Below are positions 1 through 10,543 of a DNA stretch of 64,000 bases, piece after piece. This DNA is from an uncultured delta proteobacterium (GTDB taxonomy: Bacteria > Myxococcota > Myxococcia > Myxococcales > Anaeromyxobacteraceae). Location: contig CAWFDF010000012.1 in NCBI GenBank assembly GCA_963814585.1, forward strand, positions 128,001-192,000. The letters are read 5' to 3'. Made by a program: the position numbers and the translations under genes. The notes under the pieces are model-generated. The model had not been told where the DNA came from, did no database searches, and worked only from the letters and a program-made list of their open reading frames with translations. Positions within the stretch are counted from its first letter, which is position 1; every line of letters starts with the position of its first letter.

Positions 1-1
1 C

Positions 2-1042
<1,041 letters not shown>

Positions 1043-1052
1043 CGCTCTCGCC

Positions 1053-1901
1053 CTACTTCTTCTTCGGTGGCGCCTTCTTGGCCGGGAAGAGCTCGGCGAG
1101 CCGGGCCCTGGCCTTCCTGGCCGCGTCGGACCTGGGGTACTCGGCGATGAGCTGCTCCAGCACGCCCCTGGCGTCGTCCTTCCGATCGAGCTGGACCAGC
1201 CCCTCGGCCACCTGCAGCAGCGCCTCCGGCGCGCGCTCCGACTTCGGGTAGTCCTCGGCCACCTTGCCGAAGACCACCACCGCCTCCCGCCACTTGCCCT
1301 GCTCGGCCAGCAGGTGCCCGGCCCGGAACGCCGCCTCCGGCGCCTTCTCGTCGCGCGGCCAGCGCTTCACGAAGTGGAGGTAGATCTCGCGAGCTACGCC
1401 CTTGTCGCCGCTGGCCTCGGCCTGCTGCCCCAGCGCCAGGACGGCGGCGCGATCGTCCGGTTTGGCCAGCTCGGCGATCCTCTGCCGGGCCATGGCCTCG
1501 TCGAGCGCCCCGGTCCCCTTGAGCGACGCCAGCCGAGCCTCGGTCTCCTTCCCGGCCTCGGCCACCTGGCGCTGGAGCTGGGCCTGGTGGTGCGCCTGCG
1601 CCTCCAGGTCGCCCCTCACCCTGGCCAGCTCGTCGCCGAGCCTGCTCACGGCCACGCCGAGATCGGCCCCCTTGGCCCTCGACACGGAGTTGAGCTCGTC
1701 GAGCTTGACCTGGACCTCGCGCAGCTTCTTGTCGACGAGGCGGACCTGGGCGTCCAGCACCTGGGCCTGCTCCTTGGTCTCGACCTCCAGGCGCTGGATG
1801 CGGGCCTCCATCAGCCGGCCCTTCTCGAGCGGGACCCAGCAGCCGGTGGCGGCCACCAGCAGCGCGGGCGCCGCCAGGCGGCGCATGGCGGCGAGGCGCA
1901 T
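1053..1901 (-). CDS. cpoB: CpoB/YbgF-like coiled-coil and TPR lipoprotein (tol-pal associated)
   Basis: Lipobox-like LVAATGC, coiled coil, TPR repeats (YPKSERAPEALL, YPRSDAA). Directly downstream of pal. Start is ATG 1901 or 1886. Confidence 0.8.
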   Translation of the reverse strand: MRLAAMRRLAAPALLVAATGCWVPLEKGRLMEARIQRLEVETKEQAQVLDAQVRLVDKKLREVQVKLDELNSVSRAKGADLGVAVSRLGDELARVRGDLEAQAHHQAQLQRQVAEAGKETEARLASLKGTGALDEAMARQRIAELAKPDDRAAVLALGQQAEASGDKGVAREIYLHFVKRWPRDEKAPEAAFRAGHLLAEQGKWREAVVVFGKVAEDYPKSERAPEALLQVAEGLVQLDRKDDARGVLEQLIAEYPRSDAARKARARLAELFPAKKAPPKKK

Positions 1902-1906
1902 CGCGA

Positions 1907-2569
1907 TCAGCGCTCGATCTTCGACTCGGCGCGCCGGTTCCTGGCCCAGCAGGCGTCGGTGGCCTCGCGGCAGATCGGCAGCTCCTTGCCGAAGGTGGTG
2001 GTGTCGATGCGGCCGGAGACCCCGAGATCGACCAGGTACTTCTTCACCGACTCGGCCCGCTTCTTCCCGAGCGCGAGGTTGTACTGGGTGGTGCCGCGGT
2101 TGTCGCAGTGACCGTCGACCTGCACCCGCCGGGCCGGCGACCTGGTGAGGCAGGCGGCGAGCTTCTGCAGCGCGGCCGCCGAGTCCCCGGCGATCGACGA
2201 CTGGTCGAACTCGAAGTGGGCGGTGAAGGCCGAGGGGTCGGCGCAGGCCGGATCGACGGTGCTCACGCAGGCACCGCCCTGGCAGGCCTTGCCGCTGCCG
2301 CAGTCGGCGTCGGCGACGCACTCGGGCTTGGGGGCGGCGGCGACCGGGGCGGGCTTGGGCTCGCACTTGTTGGCCTGGCAGGTGAACCCCTCCTTGCAGT
2401 CGGTGTCGGCGGCGCACTCGACGCACTGGCCCGACAGGCAGATCTTCCCGAAACCGGCCTGGGCCTCGCAGTCCTTGGCGGACTTGCACTCCCCGTTCTT
2501 GGGGGGAGACGGGCAGGCGGTGAGGACGGCGACGAGGGCAAGAGCGGCAAGGCCTGAGGCGCGACGCAT
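1907..2569 (-). CDS. pal: Peptidoglycan-associated OmpA/Pal-family lipoprotein with Cys-rich N-terminal repeats
   Basis: Lipobox VLTAC and OmpA C-domain motifs HFEFD, GHCDNRGTTQYNLALGKKRA, WARNRRAE. Confidence 0.85.
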   Translation of the reverse strand: MRRASGLAALALVAVLTACPSPPKNGECKSAKDCEAQAGFGKICLSGQCVECAADTDCKEGFTCQANKCEPKPAPVAAAPKPECVADADCGSGKACQGGACVSTVDPACADPSAFTAHFEFDQSSIAGDSAAALQKLAACLTRSPARRVQVDGHCDNRGTTQYNLALGKKRAESVKKYLVDLGVSGRIDTTTFGKELPICREATDACWARNRRAESKIER

Positions 2570-2731
2570 GGGTGAACCTCCAGGGGGCGGTGGGGTGAGG
2601 TGGTGCGAACCCTTGTATCTTCCTCCAGAAGTACGCCTGTCAAAGGAATTCCTGCCACCTCCCGATCCTTCTTCCCTGGAGCCGGGAAAGATTGAGCACC
2701 CCCCGCCCCGGCGCTAAGGTGCCGCCCCACC

Positions 2732-5354
2732 GTGTCCCCGACCAGCCGCCGCCGCCTGCGCCGCCTCCTCGCCGCCCTCGCGGCGCTCATGGCCCTCGCC
2801 CTGGCCCTGGGCGGCCTGGTGGCCTGGACCTGGACCCGCGAGCTGCCGGCCTTCGACACCCTGAAGGACTACCGGCCCCTGGTGGCCAGCCGGGCGCTGG
2901 GGAGCGACGGCAGCGAGGTCTTCTCCTTCGCCCGCGAGCGCCGCACCGTGGTGCCGATCGAGCAGGTCCCCGACGTGCTGAAGCAGGCGGTCATCTCCTC
3001 CGAGGACGCCCGCTTCTACCAGCACGAGGGGATCAACTACCTGGCCATGCTCCGCTGCGTGGTTCGCGGGGTGCTGGGCGGCCGGATTCGCTGTGGCGGC
3101 TCGACCATCACGCAGCAGGTGGTGAAGACGTTCCTGCTCTCCCATGACTGGAAGTACAAGCGCAAGGTGAAGGAGCTGGTGCTCGCCCCTCGGCTCGAGC
3201 AGAACCTGAAGAAGGACGAGATCCTGTGGCTCTACCTGAACCAGATCTACTTCGGGCACCGGCGCTACGGCGTCGAGGAGGCGAGCCGGTACTACTTCGG
3301 CAAGCCGGTCGCGGAGCTGGCGCTGGGCGAGGCGGCGGTGCTGGCCGGGACCATCCAGTCCCCGGCGCGCCTCTCGCCCGTCTCGCACCCCGAGGCGGCC
3401 AAGGCCCGGCAGGCCTACGTGCTCAGGCGGATGGCCGAGGACGGGCACATCTCCGCCGAGCAGGCCGAGGCCGAGATCGCCCGGCCCATCGCCGTGGCGC
3501 CGCCCGAGCCCGAGCCTCCCGGAGCCTCGTACTCCGACGTGGTCCGCCAGTACCTGGACGCCCGCTACGGCGCCGACCGGGTCGAGACCGACGGGCTGGT
3601 GGTCAAGGTGGCCATGGACCCGGCCATGCAACGCCACGCCGAGGCGGCGCTGGAGGCCGACCTGCGGCTGGTGGACCGGCGCCAGGGCTGGCGTGGGCCG
3701 CTGCTCACCCTCACGCCGGAGCAGCTCTCCACCGCCCTCCCGGCCTGGCGGGAGCGCCTGGCGACGGCCGCGGCGCGCGGCGGGCAGGTGCTGGTCTGGG
3801 ACCTGGCCTCGGTCGCCCCGGACGATCTCGATCCCGAGTCCGACCCGGCGTCGCCCGACCTGCGCCGGATGATCCGGATACGACCGCTCGCCGCCGACGG
3901 CCTCGTCGCCGCCCTGGTCACCGCCGTCGACGACAGGAAGGCCTGGCTCGACCTCGGCGGCGCCACCGGCGTCATCCCGCTCTCCGATCCTCGGCTGGGC
4001 CCGGAAGTGGAACCCGGCCAGCGGCACCGCCACGCCGCGCAGCGCCAGGCAGGTGCTGGCGGTGGGGGACGTGGTGCTGGCGCGGGTCCTGCCCACGGCC
4101 ACGCCACCCGAGGCGGTGGCGCGGGCCGGCCGGCCGCTCGCCCTGTCGCTGGAGCAGCGCCCTCGGGTCCAGGGAGCGCTGGTGGCCATCGACCCGTCCT
4201 CCCGGCAGGTCCGGGCCCTGGTGGGCGGGTCCGGCGCCCTCCGCTCGCAGTTCAACCGGGCCACCCAGGCCAGGCGCCAGCCGGGCAGCTCGTTCAAGGC
4301 CTTCGTCTGGGGGGCGGCCATCGAGTCGCGCCGCTTCACGCCGGCCACCCTGGTGTACGACACGCCCGACCTCTACCGCGACCCGTGGACCGGAAAGGAG
4401 TGGAAGCCGCGCAACTTCGAGCGGGACCAGTTCGACGGGCCCATGCTGCTGAAGAGCGCGCTGGCCCACTCCAAGAACACCGTGGCCGTGAAGCTGACCG
4501 AGGTCCTGGGCCCGGACGCGGTGATCGACTTCGCCCGTCGCATGGGCATCGAGAGCGAACTGCCGCGAAACCTGACGCTGGCGCTCGGCACCGGCGAGGT
4601 GACGCCGCTGGAGCTGACCAACGCCTACGCCAGCATCGCGGCGCAGGGGCGCCACCTGCCTCCCGCCTTCGTGCTGGAGGTGAGCGATCGCGACGGGAAC
4701 GTGCTGGAGACCTGGCAGCCACCCACCGAGGCCCCGGCGCCGCTCCCCATCGACGCCGCCCCGCTGCGCCCCGGGGACCTGCCGACGGCCGGCGGCGACG
4801 GCGCTCCGCCCGGGCCCGGCGCGACTCCCGCCGACGACGGCGCGCCAGCGCCCGACTTCACCATCCCCGCCACCGGCACCAGGCCCGAGGTGGCCTTCGT
4901 CCTCCACGACATGCTGCGCGAGGTGGTGGAGAGCGGCACCGGCGTCGGCGCCAAGGCGCTGGGGCGACCGACCGCCGCCAAGACCGGGACCGCCCAGGAG
5001 CACCGCGACGCCTGGTTCGTCGGCTACACGCCCGACCTGGTGGCCGGGGTCTGGATCGGCTTTGACGACCACGGGCCGCTCGGGCCGAAGGAGACCGGTG
5101 CCGGCGCGGCCCTGCCGGGCTGGCTGGCCTTCATGCAGGCGGCGCTGGGTGACGGGCCGCCGATCGACTTCCTGGCGCCAGAGGGCGTCCAGTTCGCCCG
5201 CATCGACGCGGCCACCGGCCTCCTGGCGGCGGAGCCGGCGGCGGGACAGCCGGAGGCGCCGCCCATGAGCTTCGTGGCCGGCACGGCGCCGACCCAGGCC
5301 GTCGGCGCCAGGAAGGTCAGCCCACCCCAGAACTTCTTCCTCGACGACCGGTGA
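2732..5354 (+). CDS. mrcA: Class A penicillin-binding protein 1A, split by one +1 insertion near 3989 (probably artefactual)
   Basis: Transglycosylase motifs EDARFYQHEG and GGSTITQQVVK in 2732..~3988. Transpeptidase motifs SSFK, SKN and KTGT in the other frame ending at 5354. Confidence 0.88.
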
Positions 5355-5363
5355 GCCGCCTCG

Positions 5364-7043
5364 TCACTTGACCGGCGTGGCCCGCAGCGCCGCCTTGCCC
5401 TCCTTCACGTAGACGCTGAAGCGGACGGTCCGGCAGGCGTGCTTCTCGACCAGCTGCTGCTTGTTCTTCTCCAGCTTGGGGCGGAAGCGCTCGTAGCCGA
5501 GCCCTTCGACCGTCTCGCCGCACTGGGCCCGGACCCGCAGGAACTCTGCGTGAACGGCGCGCCAGTGGTCGTCCTCGCTCTCCTCGGTGGCCGCCGGTGG
5601 CGTGGCCGCCTGGAACACCGACGTGGAGGTCGGCCGGGCCGGCGGTCGGGGCGGCGGCGAGACCGGGGGAGGTGGCGCCGCCGGCTCGAGGGCCGAGATC
5701 GAGAAGCCGGTGCCGCCCGTGATCTTGGCGGAGCCGTCGCGCGCCTCGGGGGCCCCGGGATCCCTGGTCGCCTGGGCCGGCTCGGGGGCCGCTGGGGGGG
5801 GGAAGGTGAAGCTCGGCTCGCTCGGCAGGTTGAACCTGGGCGCCCCCGGCTCGGCCGAGAACGGGTCGCCGGTGGCGAGCCGGACGGCGCCGGCCTCGGC
5901 GGCCGCGGCGGCCTTGTTGAGCGCGCCCGCGACCGTGCCCAGCGCGCCGAGGAACTCCGGGGCCCGGGCCGAGAAGTCGCCCCGCTCGACCTTCGTGGCG
6001 GCCGCCACCAGCGACGCCGGCATGGCGGGGAGCACCTCGGTCTTGACCAGCACGCCGAGCAGCAGCCCGACCACCAGGAGCGCCGTGAGGACGGTGAGCA
6101 GCGTCCACTGGTAACGCGCCAGGTCGCTGAAGTAGCGGACGGTCGGGACCGAGAGGATGAAGAAGCCCCTGGCGACCCCGGAGAGCGGCACCGCCACCGC
6201 CCGCGCCGCCGGCGCCTTGACGAAGAGCACCGGGACTCGGAGCTTGACGGGGTCCTCCAGCAGCACCGGCGGCGCCGTGCCCTCGCTGATGGGCACCTTG
6301 GGCAGCACGGTGGCGCTCCTGGCCAGGCGCAGGGCCAGCTCGGGGTCGGTGGTGGTCACCAGCTGCGGGGTGCCGGCGTCGAGGGTGACGTCGATGCCAC
6401 TGGCGGTGGACAGGTTCCTGGCCCACTGGAGGTCGAGCGGGAGGAAGAGCGCCAGGGCCGCCCCCTCCCCGGCCGGATAGGCCACCGCGTACCAGAGCCC
6501 ATCGTTGACGTGGGCGTAGCCGCGGCGCGGCGTGCCGGAGGCGGCGTCGCGCAGGAAGCCGGCCGCCTCCCTTCGCTGTGGATCCTGCAAGGCCTCCGGC
6601 ATCCTGTTCCTGACCCACTCCTGGTTGGCCACGCCCCAGAAGGCCTTGGAGGGCAGCGTGATGCCGAGCCTGGAGGCGGCCTCCTCGACCGCCGTCCGCG
6701 CCGCCTCCTCGCTGGCGGCCCAGCGCGCCTCGCTCTCGCCGGCGTCGCCCCGGGCCGGGGGCGCCTTGCCCTTCTTGCCTCCCGCCGGGCTGGAGCGTGG
6801 CGGCGAGGCGAAGAGCGCCTCCAGCAGGCCGGCGTTCTTGACCGCCAGTCCGGCGACGGCGGCCGCCTCGCTCGCCATCAGGCGCTCGGCGTCGCGCAGG
6901 TGGGCGGCGCCGACCTGGAGACCGCCGTCGGCCTCCCGGATCGACCGGGCAGCGAGATCTCGGGTGAGGCCGAGGAGGTGGGTCACCCCGGCCACGGCGA
7001 AGAGGAGGACGTACAGCCAGAGCTTGAGCCGGTTCCGGTTCAT
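5364..7043 (-). CDS. MXAN_5187-like membrane protein (extracytoplasmic region, TM, HAMP-like segment, Pro-rich linker, conserved C-terminal domain)
   Basis: Two TM segments. The C-terminus HWRAVHAEF...VRFSVYVKEGKAALRATP resembles the myxobacterial MXAN_5187 C-terminal domain (recalled, not searched). Confidence 0.65.
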   Translation of the reverse strand: MNRNRLKLWLYVLLFAVAGVTHLLGLTRDLAARSIREADGGLQVGAAHLRDAERLMASEAAAVAGLAVKNAGLLEALFASPPRSSPAGGKKGKAPPARGDAGESEARWAASEEAARTAVEEAASRLGITLPSKAFWGVANQEWVRNRMPEALQDPQRREAAGFLRDAASGTPRRGYAHVNDGLWYAVAYPAGEGAALALFLPLDLQWARNLSTASGIDVTLDAGTPQLVTTTDPELALRLARSATVLPKVPISEGTAPPVLLEDPVKLRVPVLFVKAPAARAVAVPLSGVARGFFILSVPTVRYFSDLARYQWTLLTVLTALLVVGLLLGVLVKTEVLPAMPASLVAAATKVERGDFSARAPEFLGALGTVAGALNKAAAAAEAGAVRLATGDPFSAEPGAPRFNLPSEPSFTFPPPAAPEPAQATRDPGAPEARDGSAKITGGTGFSISALEPAAPPPPVSPPPRPPARPTSTSVFQAATPPAATEESEDDHWRAVHAEFLRVRAQCGETVEGLGYERFRPKLEKNKQQLVEKHACRTVRFSVYVKEGKAALRATPVK

Positions 7044-7197
7044 GGAGGTGGCATTTTATCCCACCCCGGGGAACGGGGCGAGCAACGTCCCGGAGTCCGG
7101 CACCCCGGACGTCACGAAGTGGCGGATCCAGCCTCCCTTCACCGTCGACACCCGGCCCCGCCCCATGGGGGCCGCCGCCCCCCCCGGAGAGCCATTC

Positions 7198-9282
7198 ATG
7201 AAGCGATACCTCGTCGCCACCCTCCTCGCCGGCCCGGCGCTCGTCCACGCCGACGAGGGGATGTGGACCTTCAACAACTTCCCCAAGGACCGGGTCGAGC
7301 AGGCCTACGGCGTGAAGGTCACCGACGCCTGGCTCGACGACGTCCGGCTCTCCACGGCCCGCCTCGCCCAGGGCTGCTCGGCCAGCTTCGTCTCGGAGCG
7401 CGGCCTGGTGATGACCAACCACCACTGCGCCCACAACTGCATCGAGCAGCTCTCCACCAGGGAGAAGGACCTCGTCAAGTCCGGCTTCCTCGCCAGGGCC
7501 GAGGCCGACGAGGTGAGGTGCCCCGCCCTGGAGGTGAACCAGCTGGTCGGGATCACCGACGTGACGGCCCGGATGAAGAAGGCGACCGAGGGGAAGAGCG
7601 GCCGCGAGTTCTTCACGGCCCAGCGCGCCGAGCAGTCGGCCATCGAGAAGGCCTGCCAGACCACCGACACGCTCCGCTGCGAGGTGGTCAGCCTCTACCG
7701 CGGCGGCGTCTACGATCTCTACAGGTACCAGCGCTTCCAGGACGTGCGCCTGGTCTTCGCCCCCGAGTTCGACATCGCCTTCTTCGGCGGCGACCCCGAC
7801 AACTTCACCTTCCCCCGCCATGACCTCGACGTGGCCTTCGTCCGGGCCTACGAGGGAGGCCGGCCGGCCAGGATGAAGAACTGGCTGCGCTGGTCGGCGG
7901 CTGGCGCCAAGGACGGGGAGCTGACCTTCGTGGCCGGCAACCCGGGCGGCACCAGCCGCATGCTCACCGTGGCGCAGCTCGAGTACCTGCGCGACACCGC
8001 CCTGCCGGAGCGGCTGGTCGCCCTGGCCGAGAGCCGCGGCCGGCTCGCCGAGTACGCCCACCGCGGCGAGGAGCAGGCCCGTCACTCCAAGGCCAGGCTC
8101 TTCTACGTGGAGAACAGCCTCAAGGCCCTCACCGGCCGGCTCGAGGCGCTGCAGGACAAGGCCTTCTTCGAGTCGAAGGTGAAGGCCGAGGCCGACTTCA
8201 AGGCGGCGCTGGCGAGGGATCCGGAGCAGGCGAAGCGGGTTGTGCCCGCCTTCGACGACGTGGCCAGGGCGGTGGCCGAACAGAAGGGCCTGCGCCGGCA
8301 GCTCGAGTTCAAGGAGCGGATGGGCGGAGGGACGCTGCTGGGCGTGGCCCGCAAGCTGGTCCGCGGCGCCACCGAGCGGGCCAAGCCCAACCCGGAGAGG
8401 CTCCGCGAGTACGGCGACGCGGCGCTGCCGCAGCTGACCCAGGGGCTCTTCTCGCCCGCGCCGGTCCACCCCGAGTTCGAGATCTTCGAGCTCACCCACT
8501 TCTTCACCAGGATGCGGGAGAAGCTGGGCGCCGACGATCCGTTCGTGAGGAAGGCGCTGGGCCAGAGGTCGCCGGCCGAGCTGGCCGAGGAGCTGGTCAA
8601 GGGCACCCGGCTGGCCGACGTGGCGGTCCGCAAGAAGCTCTGGGAGGGCGGAGGCGCGGCGATCGACGGGGCCGCCGCGACCGACACCATGATCGCCTTC
8701 GCGCGGCGCATCGACGCCGATGGCCGCGCCGTCCGGAGGACCAGCGAGGAGACCATCGAACCGCTGCTGGTGAGGAGCCAGGAGCTGATCGCCCAGGCCC
8801 ACTTCGCCCTGGAGGGGACCAGCACCTACCCGGACGCAACCTTCACCCCCCGCCTCTCCTATGGGTCCGTGCAGGGGTACGTGCAGGACGGCAGGCGGGT
8901 GGCCCCGTTCACCACCCTGGGGGGTGCCTTCGACCGGGCCACCGGCCGCGAGCCGTTCGCGCTGCCGAGGTCGTGGCTCGACGCCAGGGCGAAGCTCGAC
9001 CCGAGGACGCCCTTCAACTTCGTCACCAGCAACGACATCATCGGCGGCAACTCCGGCTCGCCGGTCATCAACGCCAGGGGCGAGGTGGTCGGCCTGGTCT
9101 TCGACGGCAACATCCAGTCGCTGGGCGGTGACTATGGCTTCGACGCCTCCGTCAACCGCACCGTCTCGGTCCACTCGTCGGCCATCATCGAGGCGCTCGA
9201 CACGATCTACGGCGCCAGGCGGATCCTCGACGAGCTGAAGGCCGGGCGGACCGTCCCCGGGCCGAAGCCGGGCCAGAGCTAG
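7198..9282 (+). CDS. S46 family dipeptidyl peptidase (DPP7-like), exported
   Basis: Signal peptide followed by DEGMW, TNHHCA, DIIGGNSGSP. FDGN carries Gly at the S1 position, as in DPP7. Confidence 0.92.
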   Translation: MKRYLVATLLAGPALVHADEGMWTFNNFPKDRVEQAYGVKVTDAWLDDVRLSTARLAQGCSASFVSERGLVMTNHHCAHNCIEQLSTREKDLVKSGFLARAEADEVRCPALEVNQLVGITDVTARMKKATEGKSGREFFTAQRAEQSAIEKACQTTDTLRCEVVSLYRGGVYDLYRYQRFQDVRLVFAPEFDIAFFGGDPDNFTFPRHDLDVAFVRAYEGGRPARMKNWLRWSAAGAKDGELTFVAGNPGGTSRMLTVAQLEYLRDTALPERLVALAESRGRLAEYAHRGEEQARHSKARLFYVENSLKALTGRLEALQDKAFFESKVKAEADFKAALARDPEQAKRVVPAFDDVARAVAEQKGLRRQLEFKERMGGGTLLGVARKLVRGATERAKPNPERLREYGDAALPQLTQGLFSPAPVHPEFEIFELTHFFTRMREKLGADDPFVRKALGQRSPAELAEELVKGTRLADVAVRKKLWEGGGAAIDGAAATDTMIAFARRIDADGRAVRRTSEETIEPLLVRSQELIAQAHFALEGTSTYPDATFTPRLSYGSVQGYVQDGRRVAPFTTLGGAFDRATGREPFALPRSWLDARAKLDPRTPFNFVTSNDIIGGNSGSPVINARGEVVGLVFDGNIQSLGGDYGFDASVNRTVSVHSSAIIEALDTIYGARRILDELKAGRTVPGPKPGQS

Positions 9283-9287
9283 CCGCT

Positions 9288-9409
9288 CCGCTCAGGCGTC
9301 GCGCGGCACCGCGGACGGCAGCGCGGGCCGCCGCGCCGCTCAGGCGTCGCGCGGCACCGCGGACGGCAGCGCGGGCCGCCGCGCCGCTCAGGCGTCGCGC
9401 GGCACCGCG
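9288..9409. repeat. Perfect 48-bp tandem repeat, about 2.5 copies, overlapping the nadA 3' end
   Basis: Unit ccgctcaggcgtcgcgcggcaccgcggacggcagcgcgggccgccgcg starts at 9288, 9336 and (partial) 9384. Confidence 0.92.
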
Positions 9410-10392
9410 ATCATCCGTTCCAGCGCCCGCCTCGCCCCGTCGGCCACGTCGGCCGGCACCGTGATCTCGTGCTTGCCGCGCTGCAAGGCGTCGCGGATCA
9501 TCTCCAGGTCCACCATCTTCATGTACGGGCAGTGCATGCGACAGCCGATGCAGCCGTCGGCGATGACGAACTCCTTGCCCGGCCACCGCTGCTTCATCTG
9601 GTGGAGGATGCCGTGCTCGGTGGCGACGATGAAGGTCTTCGCCTCCGGATGTCTGCCGACCGCGCCGATCATGGCCGTGGTGGAGCAGATCTCGTCGGCG
9701 ATCTCCAGCACGTCGGCGCGGCACTCGGGGTGGGCGATGACCACCGCCAGCGGCCGCTCGCCCTTCACCTTGTTGACGCTGGCGCTGCGCAGCACGTCGT
9801 GGACCGGGCAGCAGCCGTCGTAGACCACGATCTCCTTCTCCGGCACCTTCGACTTCACCCAGGCCCCGAGGTTCCGGTCGGGGGTGAACAGGATCTTCCG
9901 CTGCGGCAGCGACCGGACCACGCTGGCGGCGTTGGCGCTGGTGCAGCAGATGTCGGAGAGCGCCTTCACCTCGGCGCTGGAGTTGACGTAGGTGACCACC
10001 GCGTGGCCGGGGTAGCGCGCCTTCCAGTCCTCCAGCGACTCGGCGGTGATCGAGTCGGCCAGCGAGCAGCCGGCCGAGAGGTTGGGGAGCAGCACCCGCT
10101 TGGCTGGCGCCAGCACCTTGGCCGACTCGGCCATGAAGTGGACGCCGCAGAAGACGATGGTCGACTGCTTCACCTGGCGGCCGGTGATGGCGAGCTGGAG
10201 CGAGTCGCCCACCTGGTCGGCGACCCGCTGCACCTCGGGGAGCTGGTAGTTGTGGGCCAGGATGACGGCGTCCTGGGCCCGGGCCAGCTCGCGGATCTCG
10301 GCCTCCAGCTCTGCCACCGCCGCCGGCGAGAGATCGCTGCCGGCCTCCGGGTAGGCGACCGGATCGTGGACGGGGCTGACGGGCAAGCTCAT
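9388..10392 (-). CDS. nadA: Quinolinate synthase
   Basis: ILAHNYQ, GDSLQL, FCGVHFMAE, GCSLAD, YVNSSA, CCTSANA, CPVH, AHPEC, CPYMK. SD-like GAGGA before ATG 10392. Confidence 0.95.
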   Translation of the reverse strand: MSLPVSPVHDPVAYPEAGSDLSPAAVAELEAEIRELARAQDAVILAHNYQLPEVQRVADQVGDSLQLAITGRQVKQSTIVFCGVHFMAESAKVLAPAKRVLLPNLSAGCSLADSITAESLEDWKARYPGHAVVTYVNSSAEVKALSDICCTSANAASVVRSLPQRKILFTPDRNLGAWVKSKVPEKEIVVYDGCCPVHDVLRSASVNKVKGERPLAVVIAHPECRADVLEIADEICSTTAMIGAVGRHPEAKTFIVATEHGILHQMKQRWPGKEFVIADGCIGCRMHCPYMKMVDLEMIRDALQRGKHEITVPADVADGARRALERMIAVPRDA

Positions 10393-10543
10393 TCGTCCTC
10401 CTGGGACCGGCGGAAGTATCCGTCCCGGGGCGCCGCGGGCGCAAGGCCCCCGGGGCGCGGGGGAATCCAGCCGGTCCAGGGAAATCCGGCCTTGCCGGGT
10501 ATCGCGGCGCCATGCCACGGTGGCCCCCGAGGAGAGGACCCCG

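Noticed and set aside
2614..2643. Sigma-70 promoter of pal
   Set aside because: A perfect TTGACA at 2643-2638, but the -10 candidates at correct spacing are poor, so it was not called.
5317..9174. Very long alternative ORFs (e.g. 5317-9174, 9185-12235, 18142-21498, 47430-50519, 55741-59316)
   Set aside because: These are shadow frames of real genes in stop-poor high-GC DNA: Arg/Gly/Pro-rich with no family motifs.
9288..9409. CRISPR array
   Set aside because: The units are identical head-to-tail with no unique spacers, they include a gene end, and there are no cas genes.
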